Source: an uncultured Candidatus Saccharibacteria bacterium (lineage in GTDB: Bacteria > Patescibacteriota > Dojkabacteria > SC72). From it: a stretch of 64,000 bases of DNA. A program made the position numbers and the translations under genes. Numbering within the stretch: position 1 is the first letter of the stretch; the number at the start of each line of letters is the position of its first letter. The notes beneath the pieces are model-generated. The model was not told where the DNA came from. It saw only the letters and a program-made list of their open reading frames with translations, and made no database searches. Positions 37,668-47,639 of the stretch are shown here, piece by piece. The stretch lies in the NCBI GenBank assembly GCA_964560525.1, contig CAZLLO010000004.1, positions 530 through 64,529 on the forward strand, in the 5' to 3' direction.

Positions 37668-39131
37668 ATGAATTCACAAATACAAAGGAAATTAGAAATA
37701 TTACCCCATAAACCAGGAGTATATAGATTCCTAAATAAAAAAGGGGAAATAATGTACATAGGTAAAGCAATCGACCTATACAATCGTGTAAGGTCATATT
37801 TTGCTAAAGACATCTCTGATCGTCCAAGAATTGTTCAAATGATGCCAATGGTAGAAGATTTTGAAATTACCGAAGTAAATAATGAAATAGAAGCATTAGT
37901 ACTAGAATCAGCATTAATTAAAAAATATGATCCCAAATACAATTCCGATCTAAAAGACGGAAAATCATATGCATGGATATATGTTTCAACAAAAGATAAA
38001 TTCCCAACTGTAGAAATTGTTAGAACTTTAAACAAGAAGGAATACAGCAGAGGAGAATTATTTGGTCCATATCCCAGTGGATTAGCTGTAAAACGGATCT
38101 TTACATATCTTAGAAAGTTGTATCCTTTCTGTAACTGTTGCCAAGAGGGTTCCAAAGAATCCCTCTACTACCACCTAGGCCTATGTCCTGGTCCATATCA
38201 AGGTCATATATCAGAAAAAGAATACAGAGGGAATATTAATGAAATCATTAAGTTCCTAAAAGGTCGGAAGAAGGGACAAATACAAGAATTAGTTAAAGAG
38301 ATGAAACAGTATTCAGCAAGTAAACAGTATGAAAAAGCAGCAAATCTTAGGGATAGAATTAACGATTTGGAATACTTAGGGGAAAAGATTGAGTTTACAT
38401 ACTTTGATACAGAGGAGGAATATACACAAAAACGGAAGAATCTTTTAAAGAAGAATTTTGATGGGCTTCGAACAGAATTAGGGCTTTCAAAGCTAGAAAG
38501 AATCGAATGCTACGACATCTCCAATACACAAGGGAAAGAAGCCTATGGCTCTATGGTAGTTGCACAAAACGGAGAAATAAATAGGGGAGAATACAGAATA
38601 TTTAAAATACAAGGACAGGATACTCCAAATGATCCCGCTATGTTAAGTGAAGTGCTAAAAAGGAGGTTTGCAAACAAAGAATTTACAACATGGCCCGATA
38701 TTGTGCTTATCGATGGAGGTAAGTCACAGTTAGGTGTGGTAAAGAAAAACATTCCAGATGATATTTTCATATTAGGTATTTCAAAGGGAAAACGTTTAAA
38801 AAGGAAAGGTGGAAGACTTCTTGATGAGTTCTGGGGTATGTATGAAGATGATGTTAAACAACTTGATATACAGAACAAAAGCATATTGATAGATCTAAGG
38901 GATGAAGCACATAGGTTTGCTATAACCCACCATAGGAAAGCAAGGTCGAAAGAGAGCCAAAGGTCTATACTGGAATCTATACAAGGTATTGGTCCTAAAC
39001 GAAGGAAAGAGTTGATGACAGTATTTGGTAGTATAGAAAATATCAAAAAAGCCTCAGTTGAAGAATTAGCAACAGTTTTGAAGAATAATGAAATAGCAAA
39101 AGAAGTGTATAACTATTTTAATATTTCTTAG
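37668..39131 (+). CDS. uvrC: excinuclease ABC subunit C
   Basis: GIY-YIG (PGVY...YIGKA), RIECYDISN, LIDGGKSQ, RDEAHRFA, HhH. Confidence 0.96.
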   Translation: MNSQIQRKLEILPHKPGVYRFLNKKGEIMYIGKAIDLYNRVRSYFAKDISDRPRIVQMMPMVEDFEITEVNNEIEALVLESALIKKYDPKYNSDLKDGKSYAWIYVSTKDKFPTVEIVRTLNKKEYSRGELFGPYPSGLAVKRIFTYLRKLYPFCNCCQEGSKESLYYHLGLCPGPYQGHISEKEYRGNINEIIKFLKGRKKGQIQELVKEMKQYSASKQYEKAANLRDRINDLEYLGEKIEFTYFDTEEEYTQKRKNLLKKNFDGLRTELGLSKLERIECYDISNTQGKEAYGSMVVAQNGEINRGEYRIFKIQGQDTPNDPAMLSEVLKRRFANKEFTTWPDIVLIDGGKSQLGVVKKNIPDDIFILGISKGKRLKRKGGRLLDEFWGMYEDDVKQLDIQNKSILIDLRDEAHRFAITHHRKARSKESQRSILESIQGIGPKRRKELMTVFGSIENIKKASVEELATVLKNNEIAKEVYNYFNIS

Positions 39132-40209
39132 AGCTTTGTGGCTGAATTTCTTCTAGAATGTAGTCAACAAAAGGGTTCTGGAGTACATTTGAATCAATTA
39201 TATATACGAGTTTGTTGTAAGTATTTGGGATTACTACTATCTGATCTGTAATTGATTTTGTTCCTATTGTTCCTCTCAGCCCAGTTCCCCATCGAGTTGA
39301 GATTACGACAGTATTAATTACGTTCCATTTCTCTTCGCTGCTTGTATTAAGCTGAGCCACATAATCGTCTACAAAATAATCTAAAGCTTTTGTTCCTGAT
39401 TTTCCGATAGGGGTTAAATATATCTTTTCGTTAGTTCCTATCTTACTCATGAGAAGTTGTTGTTCACTGGAGTTATATATGGAGACCTTGTAGGATAGTA
39501 TATATTCTTTTGGTATTGGCAATATCCATGGAAAATCTGGGAGTAAATCTTGTGCATCTTCATCTGTTAATAAAAGTTCCCTTTCTGTTTTTAATGCAAC
39601 TCTGTCGGCTAATCCGCTTTGGGCTTGTGTTGTTGAGATTGTCTCGTACCAGACATCGTTATATTTAGAATAGATTCTCAACCCTTGATTCTCTTTGGTC
39701 CAGTATTGTCCATATTCCTTGTCTTCCGATTCCATAGATACCATCTGTACAAATGTCCAGCCATATGTAGGAAGTTTTTCATTATAATATTCAAATACTT
39801 CATCAATATTAGTTCCATTTGGTAGCCTATACCCAGAGCTTCCACTTGCTAGAAATGTTTTTACAGAATCTAAATCCATACTGTTTGCAAATATGAATGA
39901 GGAATTGGGATAGGCAGGCATGTTTTCAATACCAATAATGTATGTCTGTTCCTGGATCTTTTCTCTATTTCTAAGTTTATTTATATATACTACAGCAAGA
40001 TATGCTATGGCTAGAAATATGGCTATTAAGCCAACATATATAGCAAGTTGAGGAATATGCACATTTCTCTTCCTTGAGATTGAGGAATTCTTTTTCTTAA
40101 ATATTTGAAATTTCGGTTTACGTATTTGTCTTAGGTTGTTCTTCTTTACAGGCATGTAGATATTCTTATCTTTTCTGGTGGTATGTTTTATTCTTCTGAG
40201 GGGCTTCAT
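39118..40209 (-). CDS. hypothetical membrane-anchored protein
   Basis: Very basic N-terminus, one TM, ectodomain. Confidence 0.7.
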   Translation of the reverse strand: MKPLRRIKHTTRKDKNIYMPVKKNNLRQIRKPKFQIFKKKNSSISRKRNVHIPQLAIYVGLIAIFLAIAYLAVVYINKLRNREKIQEQTYIIGIENMPAYPNSSFIFANSMDLDSVKTFLASGSSGYRLPNGTNIDEVFEYYNEKLPTYGWTFVQMVSMESEDKEYGQYWTKENQGLRIYSKYNDVWYETISTTQAQSGLADRVALKTERELLLTDEDAQDLLPDFPWILPIPKEYILSYKVSIYNSSEQQLLMSKIGTNEKIYLTPIGKSGTKALDYFVDDYVAQLNTSSEEKWNVINTVVISTRWGTGLRGTIGTKSITDQIVVIPNTYNKLVYIIDSNVLQNPFVDYILEEIQPQSSKKY

Positions 40210-40283
40210 AATTATCCATTATATCCATTTTTAGTCTTACAAGTATATATATTTTTGTAGTATAATCTCGGAGTTGTTATTAA

Positions 40284-40357
40284 TGCGGGATCGTCTAATG
40301 GTAGGACATTGGCCTTTGAAGCCAAGTATCATAGTTCGAATCTATGTCCCGCAACCA
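40284..40357 (+). tRNA. tRNA-Gln(TTG)
   Basis: TGCGGGA...TCCCGCA-A-CCA, anticodon loop CT-TTG-AA. Confidence 0.95.
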
Positions 40358-40365
40358 TTATATGT

Positions 40366-41298
40366 TTATCTATAATACATATATGCAATAAGCATTATGT
40401 AGGATATAAGCATAAATAATCCCTCTCTACGACTAATGTAGAACTTCTTTCCAATGAATGCGGCGACTATCAACACCAAGTTGTACAATACTAATACAAC
40501 TAATTCATAAATATAGTCTTGAAAAGGTAAAGAAACAATAAAAGAAGAAATACCAATAATAAAGAACAAATTAAAGAAATTAGAACCAATAATATTACCA
40601 AGACTCAATGCGTATCTACCTTTTTTAAGTGCAATAACCGAAACCATCAGTTCTGGTAGGGAGGAACCAATTGCAAGGATTGTGAACCCTGCGAAACCCT
40701 CAGAAATATGAAGTAGATTTGCTAGATTAACAGCCGAATCCACTGAGAACTTACCACCTGCTGCGATAAGAATTAGACTTAAAACAATCATAATCGGGTG
40801 AATCTTTGTGTGTCTAGGGTGTTCTATTGTTGTACTTTTCTTTTCCCTTTTGTATACCAGTAGAAAATATGCTGCAAAAATCACCAGTAATATTATTCCT
40901 GCTACCCAGTTTATTTGTCCTTTTGTGAAATATAATATTCCTAAGAATATCACCACACTCAGAACAGAGAGAGGAATATCAAATTTTAGATTTGATTTAT
41001 TAATCTTTATAGCTCCAAAGAGTGTAGTTATGGCAAGAATAAAACCGATATTAGCAATACTACTTCCGATTACATTGCTTGTTGTTACAGCTACATTCCC
41101 TTGAATTGCAGCAACAAGGCTAATTATGAATTCTGGTAGGGAAGTACCAAAAGCAACAATTGTAATACCAATTAAAAATTCTGGTATGTGATATTTTCTA
41201 GCAAGTGCAGAAGACTGATTAATAAATAGCTCTGCACCTTGTACCAGGGCATATATACTAGCTATTAAAATACCTATATCTAAGACATATTGCCACAT
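40366..41298 (-). CDS. calcium/sodium antiporter (YrbG-like)
   Basis: Two alpha repeats GTSLPE/GSSLPE and GNIIGSN. Confidence 0.92.
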   Translation of the reverse strand: MWQYVLDIGILIASIYALVQGAELFINQSSALARKYHIPEFLIGITIVAFGTSLPEFIISLVAAIQGNVAVTTSNVIGSSIANIGFILAITTLFGAIKINKSNLKFDIPLSVLSVVIFLGILYFTKGQINWVAGIILLVIFAAYFLLVYKREKKSTTIEHPRHTKIHPIMIVLSLILIAAGGKFSVDSAVNLANLLHISEGFAGFTILAIGSSLPELMVSVIALKKGRYALSLGNIIGSNFFNLFFIIGISSFIVSLPFQDYIYELVVLVLYNLVLIVAAFIGKKFYISRREGLFMLISYIMLIAYMYYR

Positions 41299-41299
41299 A

Positions 41300-42100
41300 T
41301 TAAAGCAGTTTTAATTTAATCATTGCAGCCTTTGTTGCCTCTTCTCCAATCTTAATCAATTCTGTTGGATCTTCTGCTATTGCTGTAAGTGGAAGATTAG
41401 GATCTACGCTAAGATTCAGTGCAATATCAGCGTTTTTAACACTTTCCATAGAAGAGTTGTAAAGGGAAATATCAATCATTGCACTAATAACATCAATAAA
41501 GGAGAGCTTCTCGATATCAAGCTTCCGAGGGAATTTTTCTGAATAGAGATTAACAGCTATGACTTTTTGTGCCCCCATTTCTCTTACAACATTAACTGGA
41601 ACAGGATTAGTATTCCCCCCATCTATTAGTACCATATCATTGTATTTCACAGGTCTTAGAAGTAATGGGATTGAGATACTTGCCCTAATTGCTTCTAAAA
41701 GATTTCCCTCTTTTAAAACTACTGGTTGTGCAGTATTTAAATCTGTAGCTATTGCTGCAAATGGAATTTTTGTATCCTGTATTAATGTGTTTCTCCCAAT
41801 ATACCCATCTAAAAGATTAAGGACTTTTTCACCTTTAAAAATGCTTGATTTTAGGGAAGGATCAAAAAAAGCATTAAACATGTCTTTGTAATCACTAGAA
41901 TATGCCAAATCCTCAATCATCTTAATATCTTTTGTGAGCGCATATAGTCCACCTACAACGGAACCAATACTTGTACCAGCAATATAGTCGATTGCAATAT
42001 TATTCTTCTCCAATTCTTTAATAACACCTATATGTGCAATACCTTTAGCTGCACCAGCTCCTAAAGCTAGGCCAATTTTCTTTCTAAATAAATGGAACAT
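41300..42100 (-). CDS. patatin-like phospholipase
   Basis: GAGAAKGIAHIG, GTSIG, DGG. Confidence 0.93.
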   Translation of the reverse strand: MFHLFRKKIGLALGAGAAKGIAHIGVIKELEKNNIAIDYIAGTSIGSVVGGLYALTKDIKMIEDLAYSSDYKDMFNAFFDPSLKSSIFKGEKVLNLLDGYIGRNTLIQDTKIPFAAIATDLNTAQPVVLKEGNLLEAIRASISIPLLLRPVKYNDMVLIDGGNTNPVPVNVVREMGAQKVIAVNLYSEKFPRKLDIEKLSFIDVISAMIDISLYNSSMESVKNADIALNLSVDPNLPLTAIAEDPTELIKIGEEATKAAMIKLKLL

Positions 42101-42109
42101 GGCAGTATA

Positions 42110-44074
42110 TTATAAATTAGATTGTATCTCTTTTATTTGATCTCTTAATTCGGCTGCTTTTTCAAATTGTAAACTATCAGCAGCAACTAACATTTGTGTT
42201 TCTAATTTCTTAATTAATAGCTTCTTTTGTTTTTGATCTAAAGCTTCAATATATTTATCATCAACTTCTATCTCTTCTTCTTTTTCTATTAATGACCCTC
42301 TTATTTCTTTTGATATTGAAGTAGGGGTTATATTGTTTTCTAAATTATATTTTTCTTGATATGCTCTTCTTCTGTTAGTTTCTTCAATAGCGAATTTCAT
42401 GCTATCTGTAATCTTGTCTGCATACATAATAACACGACCATTAACATGACGTGCAGCTCTTCCAATTGTTTGTACTAAGCTAGTTTTAGATCTTAGGAAA
42501 CCTTCTTTATCAGCATCTAAAATTAAGATTAATGATACCTCAGGTAGGTCGAGTCCTTCTCTTAAAAGGTTAATCCCAACCAGTACATCATATTTACCTA
42601 ATCTTAAATCTCTAAGAATATCTACTCTTTCAACTGTATCGATGTCAGAGTGTAAATACTGTACCTTGATATTCATCTCCTTGAGATAATCTGTAAGATC
42701 TTCTGCCATTTTCTTAGTAAGTGTTGTAACCAAGACTCTTTGACCATTTCTAACGTTTGCCTCAATCTCTGTAATGACGTCATCTATCTGACCTTCGGTT
42801 TTTCTCACCTCTATCTTAGGATCTAACAAACCAGTTGGTCTTGTCAGCAACTCTACAATTGTTTTATTACTATCCTGAATCTCATACTCAGATGGTGTAG
42901 CGGATATATACAGTGTATTTCCTTGCTTTTGTGTGAACTCTTTAAAATTTAGCGGTCTATTATCTCTAGCACTTGGTAATCTAAATCCATATTCAATTAG
43001 GTTATCCTTTCTTGCTTTATCTCCATTAAACATTCCACCAATTTGAGGAATAGTTATGTGTGATTCATCAATGAAAAGGAGATAGTCATCTGGGAAGTAA
43101 TCTAACAAAGTATATGGTGGCTCTCCTGTTTTTCGGCCATCAAAATATATGGAGTAGTTTTCCATACTCTTACAGTATCCAACTTCCTGTAGCATCTCTA
43201 TATCATAGTTGGTCTTCTGTTCTAATCTGTAAGCTTCTATTTCTTTCCCAATATTTTTTAAGAATGCAGCTCTCTGAGCCAGATCCGCTTGTATGCGCTT
43301 ACTGGCTTCTTTTATGACCTCATCAGAGTAGACCAAAGATGTAGCTGGAAAGATTAATATTTCCTTCATCTCTTGTATCTTGTGCTTTGAAATAGGATCT
43401 ACTTTGTATATATTTTCAATCTTCTCTCCCCACATCTCTATACGAATTGAATACTCCTCGTAAGGTGGGAAGATCTCAATAATATCGCCATTAATTCTAA
43501 ATACTCCTGTATCAAAATCATAAGTATCTCGTATATATCTCATTGAAACTAGCTCTCTTGCTAGGTCTGATAGGTTGTATGAATGTCCTTGTCTCAATTC
43601 GAGAGATTTATTCTCATAGTTTGAAGGATCCCCAATATTGTAGATACAAGAAACAGATGCGATTACAATTGTATCTCTTCTTGTTAATGCAGAATTCATT
43701 GCTCCAAACCTCAGATTCTCAATTTCTTTGTTAACTTCAGACTCTTTCTCAATGTAAAGATCTTTGGCAGGGATATATGCTTCTGGTTGGTAGTAATCGT
43801 AGTAGGAGACAAAGTACTTTACCGAATTTTCAGGAAAGTATTCTTTAAATTCCTCATATAACTGTGCTGCCAAAGTTTTGTTGTGTGAGATTATGAGTGT
43901 AGGTCTATTAAGGTTTTGTATGATATTTGCCATAACAAAGGTCTTTCCAGAACCAGTAACACCAAAGAGTATTTGGCGATCTTTACCATTTTCTTCATTT
44001 AACAAAATCTGCTCAACGGCTTTTTGTTGATCTGGAGAAGTATTGTATGGAGCTTGTAATTTGAATGAATCCAT
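42110..44074 (-). CDS. uvrB: excinuclease ABC subunit B
   Basis: GVTGSGKT, YFVSYYDYYQPEAY, DESH, INLLREGLDLPEV, UVR domain. Confidence 0.98.
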   Translation of the reverse strand: MDSFKLQAPYNTSPDQQKAVEQILLNEENGKDRQILFGVTGSGKTFVMANIIQNLNRPTLIISHNKTLAAQLYEEFKEYFPENSVKYFVSYYDYYQPEAYIPAKDLYIEKESEVNKEIENLRFGAMNSALTRRDTIVIASVSCIYNIGDPSNYENKSLELRQGHSYNLSDLARELVSMRYIRDTYDFDTGVFRINGDIIEIFPPYEEYSIRIEMWGEKIENIYKVDPISKHKIQEMKEILIFPATSLVYSDEVIKEASKRIQADLAQRAAFLKNIGKEIEAYRLEQKTNYDIEMLQEVGYCKSMENYSIYFDGRKTGEPPYTLLDYFPDDYLLFIDESHITIPQIGGMFNGDKARKDNLIEYGFRLPSARDNRPLNFKEFTQKQGNTLYISATPSEYEIQDSNKTIVELLTRPTGLLDPKIEVRKTEGQIDDVITEIEANVRNGQRVLVTTLTKKMAEDLTDYLKEMNIKVQYLHSDIDTVERVDILRDLRLGKYDVLVGINLLREGLDLPEVSLILILDADKEGFLRSKTSLVQTIGRAARHVNGRVIMYADKITDSMKFAIEETNRRRAYQEKYNLENNITPTSISKEIRGSLIEKEEEIEVDDKYIEALDQKQKKLLIKKLETQMLVAADSLQFEKAAELRDQIKEIQSNL

Positions 44075-44117
44075 TCATCGATTCTAGCAGATATCAGTTT
44101 GTGTTAAAATAGTTGAT

Positions 44118-45941
44118 ATGGATAGACCAATATTGAACAAATTAACACCAGAGGTTATTAACCAAATTGCAGCAGGCGAGGTTATAGAGCGTCCTGCATC
44201 TGTAGTAAAAGAGCTTGTAGACAATGCTATCGATGCCAAGTCTACTAGGATAGCTATACGTGTTAATGGTGGTGGAATGAATATGATTGAGGTAAGTGAT
44301 AATGGTGTTGGAATTCCAAAAGAGAATCTAGATAGTGTTTTTGATGCTCATACGACCTCAAAATTAAAGAGTATCGAGGATCTTAATACCCTAATGAGTA
44401 TGGGATTTAGGGGAGAGGCACTTTCAACTATTACTTCCGTGGCAAAGGTAACATTGGTATCAAAATTTGAAAATGAAGAGATTGGGAATGAAATTAGATA
44501 TGATGAAAACGGTAAATCACAGATAAAGAAAAGCCCTCGGGAAGTAGGAACTTCTGTAAAGGTTGAAGAGCTTTTTTACAATATCCCTGCTAGAAGAAAA
44601 TATCTTAAATCGGAACAAACAGAATATCGAAAAATATATGAATTGCTTTCTAAGTATTTCTTAGTATATCCAAATATACATTTCACTCTTGAAAAAGATG
44701 GCAAAGGTGTTCTAGACCTTCCTATTGTTAAGGATGCTAAGCCGGGTGATATTTGTATTGAAAGGGTTAAAGATATTTTCCCTGGAGATACGGGATTGAG
44801 TCTTTTCTATGATGGCTCTGGCATACATATGAACGGTTATACAGCACATCCTTCGTTGCATGGGCCTAAGCTTACTAAACAGTATATCTTTATAAATGGA
44901 AGACCTATTTCTGAGCATGGTATTGTTAGAGCTGTTTATGAGGGCTATTCTAGATATCTTCCATTTGGTGAGAAGATACCCTTTGTATTAAACCTAACAG
45001 TACGTCCTGATCTTGTAGATGTTAATGTCCATCCTAGAAAAGAAGAAGTTCGTTTTGAAAATGCATTTAGAATATATTCTGCTGTTGAAGAAGCGATTAG
45101 ACATACTTTAGAAAAAGCTCTTTCTTACAAAACTAATGGTGAAGCTGGATCTGCTCCTAGAGATTTCTCACAAATGAGAGAGATGTTTAAGCCTCATCAA
45201 GGTTCATCTTCGCAAAAAGATTATTCAGCTTCTGGGTATAACGAAATTGCATTTAATAATAAGGCTTCATCAGTGAGAGATAGTCTGCTATTTTCTAAAC
45301 AATTATTAAGTGAGAATAGGGTAACAGAAACATCTCCATTACCGTTTGATAACAGTATAGAGAATAATTCTATTAGAAATATTTTCCAGATATTTAACAA
45401 GTACATTGTTGTCGAATTTGAAAATGAAAAGCTTTGGGTAATTGATCAACATGCTGCTGCAGAGAGGATTAATTTTGAAAAGATATCCAAAAGAGAAAAA
45501 GGGAATCTTACGACTCAAAACCTTCTTGTTCCCTCTAGTATGAATTTCTCAAAAGAAGAGCTTTTGTTTTTAGAAGAATACAAAGATTTCTTTGAAGAAT
45601 TAGGTTTCAAATATGATATAACGGAATCGAGTATCAGTGTTTTAAGTACACCTGTTGAATTTTCTATGGATATTGAAAAAATGTTTAAGGAGATTTTTGA
45701 ATTAAGTGATTCGCCAGAAACATTACGAAAGAATTTTGAGAAACTGAAACATGATATACTTGCAACAATTGCATGCCACACAAGTGTTAGATCTGGGCAA
45801 CAACTGGATCGATCTGAAATGTTGAGTATGTACAAAGAGCTTCTGAATTGTGAGAACCCATATAGCTGTCCCCATGGGAGACCTGCAATATGGAAGATGT
45901 CTTTGAGTGAAATAGATAAAAATTTTGAAAGAACATATTAA
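44118..45941 (+). CDS. mutL: DNA mismatch repair endonuclease MutL
   Basis: IAAGEVIERPASVVKEL, GFRGEAL, DVNVHPRK, DQHAAAER, CPHGRP. Confidence 0.98.
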   Translation: MDRPILNKLTPEVINQIAAGEVIERPASVVKELVDNAIDAKSTRIAIRVNGGGMNMIEVSDNGVGIPKENLDSVFDAHTTSKLKSIEDLNTLMSMGFRGEALSTITSVAKVTLVSKFENEEIGNEIRYDENGKSQIKKSPREVGTSVKVEELFYNIPARRKYLKSEQTEYRKIYELLSKYFLVYPNIHFTLEKDGKGVLDLPIVKDAKPGDICIERVKDIFPGDTGLSLFYDGSGIHMNGYTAHPSLHGPKLTKQYIFINGRPISEHGIVRAVYEGYSRYLPFGEKIPFVLNLTVRPDLVDVNVHPRKEEVRFENAFRIYSAVEEAIRHTLEKALSYKTNGEAGSAPRDFSQMREMFKPHQGSSSQKDYSASGYNEIAFNNKASSVRDSLLFSKQLLSENRVTETSPLPFDNSIENNSIRNIFQIFNKYIVVEFENEKLWVIDQHAAAERINFEKISKREKGNLTTQNLLVPSSMNFSKEELLFLEEYKDFFEELGFKYDITESSISVLSTPVEFSMDIEKMFKEIFELSDSPETLRKNFEKLKHDILATIACHTSVRSGQQLDRSEMLSMYKELLNCENPYSCPHGRPAIWKMSLSEIDKNFERTY

Positions 45942-46645
45942 TGAAAACAGGAACACTATACTTAATACCTACACCAATAAATAGCAAAGAATTAAAAGAT
46001 ATTCTCTTACCAGAAGACATATCTATGATTTCCAAGATCAAGACTTTTGTTGTAGAAACTCCTAAGAATGCAAGAAGAAATTTAGGTACATTACCTATGG
46101 ATACTAAGATGCAGGAGATCGTCATGTATGAGCTTAGTGAGCATACTAAAGATTTTGAAATCAATGCTCTAATAAAACCTTTATTAAATGGTGAAGATGT
46201 TGGGTTAATGTCTGATGCAGGTGTACCAAGTGTTGCGGACCCTGGCTATAGGGTCGTAAGAGAGGCTCAGAGGTATGATATTAAGATTGTACCATTAGTA
46301 GGACCATCCTCAATTCTTTTAGCTCTTATGGCTTCTGGTTTGAATGGGCAGAATTTTGCTTTTAATGGATATATACCAAAGGATAGTGAAGAATTAAAGA
46401 AAAAGATAAAATTCTTGGAAAATTTAGCCATAAAGATTAATCAAACACAAATTTTTATGGATACACCATATCGTAATCAGAAATTGTTTGAGTCTGTAAT
46501 GCAAGTTTGTAACCCAGAGACATATTTATGCATCGCATTTAATGTTGGTGCAGATGATGGATATATTAAAACAATGAAAGTGAGAGATTGGGCGAAATGT
46601 AAGATTGTACTTCCAAAAGCCCCATGTCTATTTCTTCTAAACTAG
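45941..46645 (+). CDS. RsmI-like SAM-dependent methyltransferase
   Basis: GTLYLIPTP, MSDAGVPSVADPG, VGPSSILLALMASG, TPYRN. Confidence 0.85.
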   Translation: MKTGTLYLIPTPINSKELKDILLPEDISMISKIKTFVVETPKNARRNLGTLPMDTKMQEIVMYELSEHTKDFEINALIKPLLNGEDVGLMSDAGVPSVADPGYRVVREAQRYDIKIVPLVGPSSILLALMASGLNGQNFAFNGYIPKDSEELKKKIKFLENLAIKINQTQIFMDTPYRNQKLFESVMQVCNPETYLCIAFNVGADDGYIKTMKVRDWAKCKIVLPKAPCLFLLN

Positions 46646-47620
46646 TTATTTTCTCAATAGCTTGTACATTCGGTAGAGGATGTATGGGATCTTCTTTGTG
46701 ATTAAATCATAAGTTCCAGGGTATGAGACCTCTAATCCATTATTTTCATTTACAAAGTTCCTTTTGAATCTAGTTACACCTGGCCATCTTCTCTCATCGA
46801 TTCCCCAGAAATCATAGTATCTAAACCCTGCTTTTTGTGCATCTGTAATACACTTCCATTGCAACAGGAAAGGAGCCATTACATTACGATTCTCATTGGA
46901 GGATGCACCATGCAGATAGGTTACTGTATCACCATAATAAGTCATGAGATGTGCACATATGATTTTCCCATCATATTCACCAACCATTAGTTTTGCAAAG
47001 TTGGGATCCAGGGAGAGAAGCTTTGAATAGTATGCTTGTGAGTGTGCACTAAATCCATCTCTTTTGGTTGTTTCCTTTAGTAAATCTAGAAAAGCGGGGT
47101 AATCACTTTTAGTTGCTTCTCTTACGATTACATTATTTCTTTGTGCTACCTTAATATTGTATCTTGTCTTGTGATGTACAGTTTTCAGAATTTCTTCTTC
47201 AGAATTAGCTAGGTCTAGCATTAAAGTTTTGCTTGGTTGCAAATCTTCAACCTTATGAAGTTCTTTTGATGATAGAAGTGTGGTATCTAGAAGGTCACAT
47301 TTCCAGAACATAGCATTTGATTGCTGAGAGAGTGTCTTTATTATATCTATGAATTCTTGAGATTTAAATTCTTCAGGAAGAAGAATTAATGGTGATCTTG
47401 GTGAGTAGAGATATGAAAATCCAAAAGGGAGGATATTTTTTATAGTATTGAAGAGTGCAATAGGAGCCCCTGTGTTTGTGAAAAGTCCAAATCTCTTAAT
47501 CTCTTTCCCCAATGATTGTTGGAACTCTCCCCATTGCCAAGCAAGCAGTAACTGTGATTGATCTTGTTGGGATACAATATTATCCCATTGGTTTTTATCT
47601 TCGATTTCTTTAAGAATCAT
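46646..47620 (-). CDS. FemABX-family peptidoglycan peptidyltransferase
   Basis: WQWGEFQ, KTRYNIKVA, YLHGAS, YDFWGI, GVTRFK. Confidence 0.9.
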   Translation of the reverse strand: MILKEIEDKNQWDNIVSQQDQSQLLLAWQWGEFQQSLGKEIKRFGLFTNTGAPIALFNTIKNILPFGFSYLYSPRSPLILLPEEFKSQEFIDIIKTLSQQSNAMFWKCDLLDTTLLSSKELHKVEDLQPSKTLMLDLANSEEEILKTVHHKTRYNIKVAQRNNVIVREATKSDYPAFLDLLKETTKRDGFSAHSQAYYSKLLSLDPNFAKLMVGEYDGKIICAHLMTYYGDTVTYLHGASSNENRNVMAPFLLQWKCITDAQKAGFRYYDFWGIDERRWPGVTRFKRNFVNENNGLEVSYPGTYDLITKKIPYILYRMYKLLRK

Positions 47621-47639
47621 GAGTATATACTACTAGAAA